33,786 bases of DNA from Octopus bimaculoides. Lineage: Eukaryota. Position numbers and translations under genes: made by a program. A model generated the notes under the pieces. The model was not told the DNA's origin. It searched no databases and saw nothing but the letters and a program-made list of their open reading frames with translations. Shown in pieces: positions 1 through 11,171 of this stretch. The stretch lies in contig NC_068981.1 of the NCBI RefSeq assembly GCF_001194135.2, positions 10,699,050 through 10,732,835 of the forward strand. The letters are read 5' to 3'. Numbering within the stretch: the stretch's first letter is position 1; each line of letters opens with the position of its first letter.

Positions 1-18
1 ATTCCTATCGATGCTACT

Positions 19-62
19 ATTATTATTATTATTATTATATTATTATTATTATTACTATTATT
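19..62. repeat. (TAT)n microsatellite, the (AAT)n tail of the adjacent minus-strand tRNA-like element
   Basis: tattattattatt... seen directly. Confidence 0.9.
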
Positions 63-64
63 AA

Positions 65-140
65 TCAGGTCGCTGCCGTGAATCGAACTCGGAACCTTGG
101 GGTTAGTAGCCCGCGCTCTTAACCACTACGCCATATGCCC
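65..140 (-). mobile_element. Short tRNA-derived SINE / tRNA pseudogene
   Basis: Reverse complement GGGCATATGGCGTAGTGGTTAAGAGCGCGGGCTACTAACCCCAAGGTTCCGAGTTCGATTC...: A box (TGGCGTAGTGG), B box (GTTCGATTC), CT-ACT-AA loop. Acceptor stem unpaired; followed by (AAT)n tail. Confidence 0.75.
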
Positions 141-318
141 ATTGTGTTAACAACAAACAAGATGAGGACGAATATCCGTCAAATGTAAATAATGTAAATA
201 ATGTAAATAATTTCTCATCTCTTAAATATAGAACAGATATATTTTGATGTATTATTTCTAACGAATACATTGAACCACTCATAAGACGTTTTAAAAAAAG
301 TAATCTAAGGATATACTA

Positions 319-680
319 GAATATATCCCACAAAACACACTTTGCTCTTGTCAACGTGTGATCGCCATTTTCAAGGAGTATGATTTGAGAACTTTCAAAT
401 ATTTCATAAATTCATAAAAGCAGTTGAGTGAAAGATAAACCTATTGTTAGAGACACTGGCATTGTTCCGCGTTATAGAAGCTGTGGATAATATAGTCGAG
501 ACATGGGATGAAGTGAAAGCCTAAGTTATGAATGAGTTTTTTTTTAGAAAAACATGTGTCCGTGACGGTAAAAGTTTTCCACTAGCAGGAAGTCGGTATC
601 AAGTTCAGTAAGATTCTGACGCTGGCAAATGCTGTAGAAATCATCGATGATGTAGCTGAGTTCCTTGCTTCTGTCTTTAC
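319..680 (+). pseudogene. Degraded Tigger/pogo (DDE_1) transposase fragment
   Basis: Translates to EYIPQNT..VIAIFKEYDLRTFK and VIEAVDNIVETWDEVKA*VMN, matching Tigger-type VISTFKSYYLRNTF and ILDAIKNIRDSWEEVK. Contains stops and indels. Confidence 0.7.
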
Positions 681-925
681 TTCAAAACATTTTATTTTTT
701 AGCAAATGACTATAAAAAGTACATGAACATTTTATTATATAATAGCTTATACTTGAAGAATTAAAAGTTTGTCAGCATACAAAAACACATTACATGTATA
801 TCAAAAAGCTGAAATAGAACAACTAATTTTGACTAAGTTTATTTGAGAAGGTGGCGCCATTAGAACAAGAACGAGCTGCAGAGCAATAAAATAGAATTTC
901 CACCCAAAAAAGACGGACGAAATAC

Positions 926-1160
926 CTATTTCTTTACTGCCCACAAGGGTTCTACACACAGAGGGGACAAACAAAGACAGACAAACGGATTAAGTCGATT
1001 ATATCGACCCCAGTGCGTAACTGGTACTTATTTAATCGACCCCGAAAGGATGAAAGGCAAAGTCGACCTCGGCGGAATTTGAACTCAGAACGTAACGACG
1101 GACGAAATACCGTTAAGCATTTCATCCGGCGTGCTAAAGATTCTGCCGGCTCGTCACCTT
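926..1160 (-). mobile_element. tRNA-derived SINE, family A (core gcctttcatcctttcggggtcgattaaataagtaccag)
   Basis: Near-identical to the plus-strand copy at 33505-33727, including the tail. Confidence 0.85.
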
Positions 1161-1206
1161 NNNNNNNNNNNNCCTTAGCTTTGGTATTTATATTACAAAT
1201 AAACAA

Positions 1207-1415
1207 AAGGCAATGAGCTGGTAGAATCCTTTGAATTGTCAGGCAAAATGCTTTGCAGAATATCTCGCGGGTCTTCACATTCTGAGTTGAAACCATTCCG
1301 AAGTTCAGTTTTGCTTTTCATCCTTTCGAAGTCGATAAAATAAGGTACCAGTCAAGTACTAGGGCCAATGGTATCGACTAACCACTCCCTTCAAAATCGC
1401 TAACTTTGTGCCTTA
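1207..1415 (+). mobile_element. SINE family A, diverged copy
   Basis: aaggcaatgagctggtagaatc head and ttttcatcctttcgaagtcgataaaataaggtaccag core. Confidence 0.8.
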
Positions 1416-1958
1416 ATAAGAGATCGTATTTCAAATAAAAACCAGTTAGTCTCACCATAGAATATAAATATGAAGCTAAAGAAGAAGTCACTACGTAGTA
1501 GTCTAATGTATCACGATGGACAGCAGAGTGTTCCTCAAATCACATCCTTCCGTCTGAAAAACAGAGAAGAGCCCGTCGCGAACAATTTTCCTGGATATGC
1601 TATACGCAAGATGTGGGGAAAGCCTTTTAATCATAGTTATGCTTTGTCGACGCTGACCTGGCATCAACAACACGATGAAAATTTCCTGCCTAAATTCAGA
1701 AAACTTTGAAATATTGAATTTTAAATACAAAGCCATTTCACTTAATTCTATTATTCTATTTTCGGTTCCAGCCGGGTTTGTAAGCTTCCTGGGGCACCAA
1801 GTAAATCTTCATAGTCATTTCTTAAAAGTATTGGAATTCCTTTCACTAACCACGACAGAATGAAAACAGAGTAGACCACATCAGAGAAACATTAAAGAGA
1901 AACATTAAAGAAAAGACAGCCAGGAAAATTTCTGTTATTTTTATTACTCTGAAAATTA

Positions 1959-2364
1959 TTAAAATTCCATATCATAAACCACAATTCCTGATGACTGATA
2001 ACCTATTTGTTCATGGACACTAATAGAAAGAATATTTTCTGGTTGAATTTTGACACTTGGCGTTATTCCTGCTTCAATAAACTTAGCTGATAACATAGAG
2101 ATCACCGCTTTTGTGCAGCCTCGTCCGCGATAATTAGCATTGACATGTAGATATCCGATTGTTCCACTATCGGTCCCCAATCCATAAGCAACTACTTTCT
2201 CAATGGAATTACACAAACACACATTTGGGAACGTGTTTATAAGTACATTGATATATTCCTTAGTACTGTCCACTTGGTCGGTAGAAGATTGTTCCCAGGT
2301 GTCTGCGATATCGTCCAAATGTTCTGTGGTAAGGACTCCTATGTCTAGATTAGTTGGTGCTACA
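1959..2364 (-). CDS. Glycine N-acyltransferase-like (GNAT) gene, terminal exon
   Basis: Acceptor ttttcttttgcag|T. Encodes VAPTNLDIGVLTTEHLDDIADTW...GTIGYLHVNANYRGRGCTKAV...ENILSISVHEQIGY...EF*. YRGRG acetyl-CoA motif and GLYAT/FR47-like C-terminal domain; AATAAA about 15 nt after the stop. Confidence 0.85.
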
Positions 2365-3195
2365 CTGCAAAAGAAAAGACTTGAGCATTAATGATACTTC
2401 CATTATGATCTTCGTTACTTTACAATTATCATCAATGAATATCTCATTAGAATTTATAATTATCATGAATGAGTATCCCGTTAAAAATGACAGTAAAATA
2501 AGAAATATTCGCATTAGGAGACAACTAACACCTTCACAAGGGGTTTACGCACATACTAACACCTTCACAATGTCTAAGGTGTGTTTATTTGAGAAATGAT
2601 TTGACTTGCTATTTTATGTCACACCTGAAACAATTACGTCGATGAGGAGTGATGAACACATGCATAAACAAGGTTGTGTGGCTGTAGGTGTGTTTGTGTG
2701 GTTGTTAGTTTAGCCGGCTCTGGTTGAATACAGGGTTTGCTTAGTCGCGAATCTCTCATGTAGGGGTTCCAAGTTCCACATCGTGGTACAGTGCCTCAGT
2801 TGACGGACTGGAGCACATGATGGTCTGGTGCTGACACTGCATCACTGGACGAGCTATGGCAACGGCCAGGGCGGAGGAGTCCCAATGAGACCAACAACCA
2901 AGTGTCCGTAACTGGATGCGACCCGCACTATACTTCTTCGACATCGGCTAGCAGTCAAAAGAGACAGCTCCACTTACAGTGTCTTTCATAAATGCAAGTG
3001 CTTGGGCTTCAGGTTAGCACCCTGTCCACCGTAGAAATCTCATACTATGAAAATAGTTCAAAGTGGAAACTCTGACTACCACATGTGCCTCCCGACCTTG
3101 GGGCACCTAAGTCTAAAGTCTTAATCACAGGTAGTTCTGTGTTGTTTAAAAGCTAATTAGAAAAACAATACAATTACATTGTTTCTTTCTTTAGG

Positions 3196-3244
3196 TAGAA
3201 GACCAGCAGCAGCAGCAGAAGCAGCAGCAGCAGAAGCAGCAGCA
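3196..3244. repeat. (AGC)n-rich microsatellite
   Basis: agcagcagcagcagaagcagcagcagcagaagcagcagca. Confidence 0.85.
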
Positions 3245-3371
3245 TATAACTTTCGAATAAGCTGACTTCATTTTAAAGCGTATTGATGCCCGTTTAAACT
3301 GACAATGGTTATATGCAAATATTTCTTCTCCCAAAGGAATCAAATGAAATCAAAGTATAATTTTTATTTAC

Positions 3372-3489
3372 CTGCTTTGAAGGGAATTTTCGTCTAAATG
3401 ATACAAGTTGTACATGTCGCATTTTTTAACGCATTTGTCTTTAGATTTCATGTATTCTTCTACAACACTTTTTCTTTCAGAGAGAATGG
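3372..3489 (-). CDS. GLYAT-like gene, internal exon
   Basis: (TC)n polypyrimidine tract, cag acceptor and gtaaat donor. 118 nt, phase 1/2, open (ILSERKSVVEEYMKSKDKCVKKCDMYNLYHLDENSLQS); joins the 2364 exon in frame. Confidence 0.8.
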
Positions 3490-3610
3490 CTGAATTGAGA
3501 GAGAGAGAGAGAGGAGAAAAGGTGACATCGCATTAGTAATTCTACATTTCTCTCCTTTCGCGATAAATAGTTACAGTATATGATATAATACTATACACAC
3601 ACACATATAA

Positions 3611-4862
3611 ACGAGAGGGTGCTGAAAGGTTCCTGGATTTAAGGGTAACGCGAAAAGGTAGAGCTGTTACCTTCACAGGAGAAGAAGGTTAATTGTTAAG
3701 GAGAAGATATGCAAAAAATCATGATGGTATACTATATATTTTACTTATTTTTGCAGATTTAACGCATGATTGCAGCTCCCACAGTGCATTTTGGTAATAC
3801 TGAAGCACATCCGGTTATGAAGTTCTTCTTTTTGTAAAGCAAAGGAGCTGCGGAAATCCATGGCGAGATAAAGGAAATTTTGAAAGATGACCGCCCATCT
3901 TACGCCACAGTAAAAATCTGAGTGTCAATGTTTCGGACTGGTCATTTCGAGGCCACTAGATGAATCCCGGTCAGGACGATCAACTTCCTTGACTACGGAG
4001 AACAAAGCCGACTCTGTACACGTCATCATTCTCGAGGACCACCGGATTTCAGCTGAGACTATGGGAATTTTCTGCGAAAGAATTGACCACATCATCCACA
4101 AAATTCTGGACATGTGAAAGCTTTCAACAAAATGGGTGCCGAAATGCCTGGACGCAGATCAGACGCGCTTTAGAGTGACGACATCAAAGGCGATTCTGAT
4201 TTTATGGCTAGTTTAATCACCCTGGATGAAACCCGGTTTCATCATTGTGACCCTCAGACTAAGCAGCAATCAATGGAGGGGCGAAACAGCGGTTCAACGT
4301 GTCTCAAGAAGTTTCTGACCCAGAAGCTAGCTGAAAAGTTTCTGGCTTTAGTGTTCTGGGAGAAAGACGGAATACTCCTCATAAAATACATACCAAATGG
4401 TGGTACCATCAATGCAGAATACCACATGTCTCTTTTGGACGAACTGTGTGATGCTTTGAAACAGAAACACTGAACTGTGGTGTTTTCCTTCTTCAGGACA
4501 ATGCACCAGCAGGCATAACACATGAAGCTCTACGGAAAATACGCGATTTAGGATTCGAACCGGTAGACCACACGCTTCACTCTGACTCTGACTTGGCCCC
4601 CTCTGACTATTACCACTTTCCTACTGAAAAAAAAACATCTCAATGAAACGAAATTTCACTCTGATTCGGAAGTCATCGCTGCTACAGAGGCCTGGTTGGA
4701 CACCCAATCTACCGACTTCTTTTGACAGGGTTTAGTAAAATTGAAGGAGCGTTGCAAGAAGTGTGTGAATTTGAGAAGGGAATCTGTTGAACAAAATCGT
4801 AATTAATTGATTGTCCTGTCTTTTCTTTCACACAAAACCAGGAACTTTTCAACACCCCTCGG
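3611..4862 (+). mobile_element. Full-length decayed mariner (DD34D) transposon
   Basis: ~26 bp TIRs (cgagagggtgctgaaaggttcctgg ... ccaggaacttttcaacacccctcg), about 1.25 kb. Motifs KWVPK, ITLDETRFHHCDPQTKQQSME, LQDNAP, SDLAPSDYYHF; multiple stops and frameshifts. Confidence 0.92.
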
Positions 4863-4954
4863 ATGTAATACATATAATGTATTATTTAATACATATACCA
4901 CGTACTTTAGTTTAATATAATACTTACATAGTGTACGCTATATATATATATATT

Positions 4955-5122
4955 CTTTTACTCTTTTACTTGTTTCAGTCATTTGACTGCGGCCATGCTG
5001 GAACACCGCCTTTAGTCGAGCAAATCGACCCCGGGACTTATTCTTTGTAAACCTGGTACTTATTCTATCGATTTCTTTTGCCGAACCGCTAAGTTACGGG
5101 GACATAAACACACCAGCATTGG
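4955..5122 (-). mobile_element. SINE family B (CORE-type), 3' part, truncated by a gap
   Basis: tgactgcggccatgctgg..accgcctttagtcgagcaaatcgacc; same as 18705-19108. Confidence 0.85.
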
Positions 5123-5487
5123 NNNNNNNNNNNNNNNNNNNNNNNNNNNNNNNNNNNNNNNNNNNNNNNNNNNNNNNNNNNNNNNNNNNNNNNNNNNNNN
5201 NNNNNNNNNNNNNNNNNNNNNNNNNNNNNNNNNNNNNNNNNNNNNNNNNNNNNNNNNNNNNNNNNNNNNNNNNNNNNNNNNNNNNNNNNNNNNNNNNNNN
5301 NNNNNNNNNNNNNNNNNNNNNNNNNNNNNNNNNNNNNNNNNNNNNNNNNNNNNNNATATATATTTATTTATACATACATGTATCATAATTTGACTTAGCT
5401 ACATGTTACTCAAAGTTCCGTGGTGTAGGACACAGCTACAAAGCTTTCATCAACAAGGACTTGTGTGAAGTTGCTATTAAAAGCTGA

Positions 5488-5592
5488 AAGGTAAAGTTGA
5501 GTTCCGTGAAATTTGAACTCTCAATGTAAAGGGCCGGAACACTGCGAAACCATTTTACGAAGGTCATAGAATTTTGTAAACGCAGTGCCCTT
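5488..5592 (-). mobile_element. Degraded SINE family A head
   Basis: gaaaggtaaagttgagttccgtgaaatttgaactc resembles gaaaggcaaagtcgacctcggcggaatttgaactc. Confidence 0.55.
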
Positions 5593-5751
5593 GTGATTAC
5601 GTTAATATTGAAAAACAAAAATCATTTCATATCTAGAGGTGCCCCCATCGATACTCAGACAAAAATTGTAATTTTAGATACTATAGTAATTTTGTGAGAT
5701 AATTTCCTGAAATAAAGTAACCTTATTAAAAACTATATTAAATACGGTGAG

Positions 5752-6115
5752 TCAATCAATCAATCAATCCATCCGTCTATCTTCTCCGCACACTACTCCT
5801 GGGAATGTCGTGGGGATAGAATCCTTAAGCAACTCTTCTATCAGAAGAACCCGTCATTACACTTTCCCGTTGAATTCCCAAGCTTGACCAACTGAGACCA
5901 TGATCAACCTCCAGATCTCGCGCCGGTTGGCTCATTTGACATTGTAATCACGTGTCCCTGATACCAGAGTTGTGACCTCTTAAAGTGGAGAAGTAGCGGC
6001 TCCATTTAGATAGAGTCCCTGATCTCAGAGTTACGAACCCAGTTGAGTAACGTTACTCCTGAAATCCTTTCGAGGCCGCTTGTGTTCACGATCATACACT
6101 TTCGGTCATTAACTC
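5752..6115 (-). mobile_element. RTE-clade LINE 3' end, degraded
   Basis: Minus translation LERISGVTLLNWVRNSEIRDSI*MEPLLLHFKRSQLWYQGHVITM matches the RTE ORF2 C-terminus (VRSSEIR..EPLLL..RSQLRW.GHV). Ends in a GGAT/GATT repeat tail. Confidence 0.75.
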
Positions 6116-6845
6116 AGTATTTATTCACTAGTGATGGGAAGCAGGGGACTGAATTGGTTTGATATTTAATAGCATGAATTATAATAATTCAATTAAATAT
6201 ATTAAATTCCATCAGTTATCATCTTCATCAGATCTAACAGTGAGGTCTGACAGAAGGTATTCCACTTACGACCATCCCACCTTTTGTTGAACTTGTATGA
6301 CTACATCGACAAATGAATCCTCACCTTATTTTAAATGGTAGAGATATTTATTCACTTGCTATTTCTAGCAGGTCGAGCAAACACTTAGAAGCTTCTTTGT
6401 TACTTGCAACTAAAACTCAAAAACTATATATAAAGAACTGGGAAATTGTGACGTCCATGACTTCCAAAGTGATAAAAGTGACACTAAATTCTTTTCAAAA
6501 ACAAACCAAAATCGAAACCGGATTGCAGTTTACACTTCGAAGTAACTTACCGTTTATTCTGTGACGTTCACCATAATTTTTTTAACAANNNNNNNNNNNN
6601 NNNNNNNNNNNNNNNNNNNNNNNNNNNNNNNNNNNNNNNNNNNNNNNNNNNNNNNNNNNNNNNNNNNNNNNNNNNNNNNNNNNNNNNNNNNNNNNNNNNN
6701 NNNNNNNNNNNNNNNNNNNNNNNNNNNNNNNNNNNNNNNNNNNNNNNNNNNNNNNNNNNNNNNNNNNNNNNNNNNNNNNNNNNNNNNNNNNNNNNNNNNN
6801 NNNNNNNNNNNNNNNNNNNNNNNNNNNNNNNNNNNNNNNNNNNNN

Positions 6846-7195
6846 TCACAGTGATTAGATTGCGGCCGTGCTAGAGCACTGCTTTTAATGATGTAGTCAA
6901 ACAAATCGTTTCAAACCAAGTACTTTTTGCGCCGGTCTTTTTTTTGGGTGGTGGTGTTGGTTCTGAATCGCTAAGTTATGGGAGAGAAACCTAAAGGAAC
7001 CACTACTGGTTGTCAAGTTGTGCTAACACACACACACACACACACACACATGACAGCGTCCTTCAGTTTCTGTCTACGAAATTCACTTACAATGTCTTAG
7101 CTGTGTTATAGTAGAAGACATTTGCCCATGCTGCCGTACAGTGAGACTGAACCTGAAACCACATGGTTGAGAAGCAAGTTCGTTAATTACACTCT
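6846..7195 (-). mobile_element. SINE family B, diverged
   Basis: gattgcggccgtgctagagcac, internal (AC)n, gtagaagacatttgccc..ggactgaacc head. Confidence 0.75.
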
Positions 7196-7310
7196 GCCAA
7201 TGAATAAAGCGTAAAACAAATCCTGCAAATTTGCATACAGGCAAGTAATATTTAATAAATATAGATACGGAGCGGTGGTTTGGATCGTTATTGTGGAAAT
7301 AATTAACAGG

Positions 7311-7481
7311 ATGGGTAACCGACAGTCATCCGTACCGGTGAGACAACGTCACATGTCTGGTTCTGAGATTAGATCAGGAATTTCTTCCCTAAATGATATC
7401 ACAGGAAAAAACTATTATTTTGAAAATTTAGTTCTTGAAGGGAACAACGTAAAGAGCCTGGCTTATGTAGGGGCTTTAAAT
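7311..7481 (+). CDS. Patatin-like phospholipase-fold gene, coding exon 1
   Basis: cag|G ATG; MGNRQSS...YYFENLVLEGNNVKSLAYVGALN|gtaagt. Matches the patatin FENLVxEGGGxKGxAYVGAL N-terminal motif. Confidence 0.88.
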
Positions 7482-7920
7482 GTAAGTGATTTGCTTTTTC
7501 ATCTTCCATTTTGGTTACGAATAGTGTTTTTTTATTAACCATAAAGGTTGAAACACCGAGGGGACAGCACAAGAGGTGGGGTGGGGGGGGAATTCGCCAA
7601 CGAATGATAAACGGAATATTTACAAATTTATGATCAAAAGAATAAAAATAACGATGAGGGAGGGAAGGACGGATGTGACCCCACGAACAACATTCCACCA
7701 CTGGACCTTTTCAGTACTTTTGTCATCCTTTAAGTAGACACCTTCACTCTCAACACTTCTTCCACTTTCATTTTGGTTTCGAATGTGAGCAGACAGAAAC
7801 TTCACTTCGAAGTCACCGTCACCAGTCTTCTTGTAAAAGTATAATTATGTACTCTACGAAAAACTGAGTAATTCTTCAGTTTAAATGTAAAGTTGGTTTC
7901 TTTTAATGATATTTCGTCAT

Positions 7921-8125
7921 AAGGCGGTGATCTGACAGAATCTTTAGCATGCCGGGCAAAATGCTTAGTGGCATTTCGTCTGTCTTTACGTTCTGAGTCC
8001 AAATTCCACCGAGGTCGACTTTGTCTGTCATCCTTTCAGGGTCGATAAATTATGCACCAGTTGCGTGCTGGGGTCAATGTAATCGACTTGCCCCGCTACC
8101 CACCCAAATTTCGGGCCTTGTGTTT
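7921..8125 (+). mobile_element. SINE family A
   Basis: aaggcggtgatctgacagaatc...gagtccaaattcc..gtcgactttgtctgtcatcctttcagggtcgataaa. Confidence 0.8.
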
Positions 8126-8153
8126 AGAGTAGAAGACAATATTATCTCAACAT

Positions 8154-8365
8154 GAGGCGTCGAGCTGGCAGAATCGTTAGCTTGTCGGGCAAAATGCTTA
8201 GCGGCATTTCGTCCGTGTTTACGTTTTGAGTTCATTGCCATTGGGGCCGAATTTGCATTTCATCGTTTTGGGATCGATAAAATAAGACTCAGTTGAGAAT
8301 TGGGGTAGCTGTACTTGACTTAACCCCTCCCCTTGTATTGCTGGTCTTGTGCCAATTTTTGAAAC
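8154..8365 (+). mobile_element. SINE family A, tandem second copy
   Basis: gaggcgtcgagctggcagaatcgttagc...tttcatcgttttgggatcgataaaataagac. Confidence 0.8.
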
Positions 8366-8784
8366 CAATTACATAACACAATATAAGGCAGCGAGTTCGG
8401 AATATCGTAAAGGAGCTGGACAAAATGTTTGGCATTTTCCCCGAGTCTTTAAGTTCCAAGTTCAAATTCTGCAGAGGCCAATTATGCCATTCATTGTCTT
8501 CGAATTGATGAAATAAGTAACAGCCGACTACTAGGTTGGATTTAAATGACTGTCTGCTTCCCCTCAAAATTACTGGACTTATGTCGAAAGTAAAAAGAAT
8601 TGTGACTCGACATAAACATAAACCCAGTTCGTATGCGATTTCGCGCATTATCGTCGATTGTCACGACTCGATAAGTTTCAATTGCTTCCCATTATTTCTA
8701 CCCATCTAAAGGAATCAGTTCCTCATTAAATACTTTGAATTGACACTAATCTAAATTGCTCTACCTCCCTATTTTTATCAATAG

Positions 8785-8932
8785 GTGCTGGACAAAGTTG
8801 GAATCTTAGGGAAACTGAAAAGATTCGCTGGTGTAGGAACTAGTGGCGTCATAGTTTCTCTATTAGCTGCCGATTTTGATTGCGATACAGTCCAGAGTTT
8901 GCTGAACGAGCATATTGATAATTTACTATTTG
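8785..8932 (+). CDS. Patatin-like gene exon 2 (nucleophile-elbow region)
   Basis: atag|VLDKVGILGKLKRFAGVGTSGVIVSLLAADF...NLLF G|gtaag, phase 0/1; aligns to KRFAGTSAGAIxAxLLA. Confidence 0.88.
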
Positions 8933-9001
8933 GTAAGACTTTAAATCAAACATTTTTCTTCCCTGTTGAATTTCTATCTAATTTTACTGCGTTACTTCAT
9001 A

Positions 9002-9025
9002 TCTATATATATATAAATGAGAATG

Positions 9026-9060
<35 letters not shown>

Positions 9061-9356
9061 GTGAATCCCTAAAACTCGAGAACTACGCAACCAATTTTAT
9101 TCAAACTTTACACATGCCTTACTTAGGGTTCCAGTTGTGTTTTAGTCAAAAAAAAATTATTAACTTCTTGCAGAGTTCGAGCACACGGCAACATAATATC
9201 TCCTCCACTATTTAAGTATTACGTGTCAAAAGTGAAACAAAAACACTCATGTCAAATACTTTCACTTTAAAAATGAAACTATTCCACTAACTGAAACAAT
9301 CACATTTCGATACTGTAGTGACAGATACTTTCACAGAGAGAGAAAGAGAGAGACAG
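9002..9356 (+). mobile_element. Non-autonomous Helitron-like element, 5' part (runs into a gap)
   Basis: A|TCTATATATATATAAATGAG start followed by (GTCT)n, typical of Helitron-type non-autonomous elements; 3' end not visible. Confidence 0.55.
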
Positions 9357-10450
9357 NNNNNNNNNNNNNNNNNNNNNNNNNNNNNNNNNNNNNNNNNNNN
9401 NNNNNNNNNNNNNNNNNNNNNNNNNNNNNNNNNNNNNNNNNNNNNNNNNNNNNNNNNNNNNNNNNNNNNNNNNNNNNNNNNNNNNNNNNNNNNNNNNNNN
9501 NNNNNNNNNNNNNNNNNNNNNNNNNNNNNNNNNNNNNNNNNNNNNNNNNNNNNNNNNNNNNNNNNNNNNNNNNNNNNNNNNNNNNNNNNNNNNNNNNNNN
9601 NNNNNNNNNNNNNNNNNNNNNNNNNNNNNNNNNNNNNNNNNNNNNNNNNNNNNNNNNNNNNNNNNNNNNNNNNNNNNNNNNNNNNNNNNNNNNNNNNNNN
9701 NNNNNNNNNNNNNNNNNNNNNNNNNNNNNNNNNNNNNNNNNNNNNNNNNNNNNNNNNNNNNNNNNNNNNNNNNNNNNNNNNNNNNNNNNNNNNNNNNNNN
9801 NNNNNNNNNNNNNNNNNNNNNNNNNNNNNNNNNNNNNNNNNNNNNNNNNNNNNNNNNNNNNNNNNNNNNNNNNNNNNNNNNNNNNNNNNNNNNNNNNNNN
9901 NNNNNNNNNNNNNNNNNNNNNNNNNNNNNNNNNNNNNNNNNNNNNNNNNNNNNNNNNNNNNNNNNNNNNNNNNNNNNNNNNNNNNNNNNNNNNNNNNNNN
10001 NNNNNNNNNNNNNNNNNNNNNNNNNNNNNNNNNNNNNNNNNNNNNNNNNNNNNNNNNNNNNNNNNNNNNNNNNNNNNNNNNNNNNNNNNNNNNNNNNNNN
10101 NNNNNNNNNNNNNNNNNNNNNNNNNNNNNNNNNNNNNNNNNNNNNNNNNNNNNNNNNNNNNNNNNNNNNNNNNNNNNNNNNNNNNNNNNNNNNNNNNNNN
10201 NNNNNNNNNNNNNNNNNNNNNNNNNNNNNNNNNNNNNNNNNNNTGCTCAAGAGTGGGCAGCAACAAAAAACCTATTTGTATATGCTCCACAAGGGAAAAC
10301 AAGGAACATAGTTTACAATGAGGTGTTATAATCACAACAACAAGAAAGTATGTACATGATCACCTTCTTTTACGAAACTTCATTGACTTTCATATATTTA
10401 TATTGATATACATATATATACGTGTGTTTGGGTGCGTGTGTGTATATACA

Positions 10451-10541
10451 TCTCTATATATAAAGATGATGCGTAGTCTAGACGGCGTTTTTAGATTTCA
10501 TTATTCTCTTTCACCCGGGCAACGCCGGGTATTTCTGCTAG
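10451..10541 (+). mobile_element. 91-bp mini-Helitron
   Basis: 5' TC after A, GC hairpin cccgggc-aac-gccggg, 3' CTAG before T; inserted at A|T. Confidence 0.7.
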
Positions 10542-11171
10542 TATATTATAAAATAGGTGACGTCAATTTTAATACAATGAGTTATTTACTGAAAAATACT
10601 ATGCTTCAGTATAAAGTATTTATAAAGTATTTATATCCATGTATACAGGCGGAAACTTAAACCGAGTCGTGTGAGAGCAAAAGTTTCCTTGTTTCAGTTC
10701 TGTGCGATTTGAGTTTATGTTTAAACCGAGGACAAGTTTGTGTTTTACCATTTCGGAGCTGTAACAGTTACGCCCAGGAGTCGGTGTTTTATTCTCTCTC
10801 TTTGTCAGTCTTTCTATTTCTGATAAAAAAAAGTGTTTCTATCTAAAGGTAAATGTACTCCGCCAGGTTTAAAATCCCTTAACACATGCGGTATGTTACC
10901 GTATTGGCACCACGATTCTATTAGTCAGGAGAGGATCCAAGGCAAGGCATCCGTGTTCGTATGTTATGTATTTATTTTCAAGCGTTTAATCTGATGAATA
11001 GAATACCAAACCTCGTTTTTGTCTCAGTAGATTAACGTACACTTTTACCGCTAAATATTGCCGTGCTGGTATTTTTTCTGCGTTGAGTCTATTTTGCTAT
11101 ACACGGTTTATAAATATGAAATTTATTTGCATCTTAATCGAAAACTTATGAAGGCAGTTATTTCTCTTTAG

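Noticed and set aside
952-1296. ORFs MRNWYLFNRPRK... here and at 33480-33781
   Set aside because: Chance reading frames of SINE family A, repeated at several loci
1470-1863. Short ORFs downstream of the GLYAT-like stop
   Set aside because: No recognisable motifs or splice support; probably 3' flank
3195-3262. Plus-strand polyQ-like mini-exon after a ttctttag acceptor
   Set aside because: Explained by the (AGC)n microsatellite; stops immediately and has no partner exons
5405-5483. Minus segment FNSNFTQVLVDESF resembling GLYAT EVLVD
   Set aside because: Its acceptor is part of a degraded SINE and the frame hits TGA before the donor
6268-6420. Possible minus-strand GLYAT N-terminal exons (SYKFNKRWDG; ASNKEASKCLLDLLEIA)
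   Set aside because: Weak splice context and no family motif; the 26796-26688 exon fits much better
9300-10335. Long ORFs of 316-337 aa (similarly at 5060-5388, 6554-6904, 27379-28873)
   Set aside because: They consist of N-gap X residues, not real coding sequence
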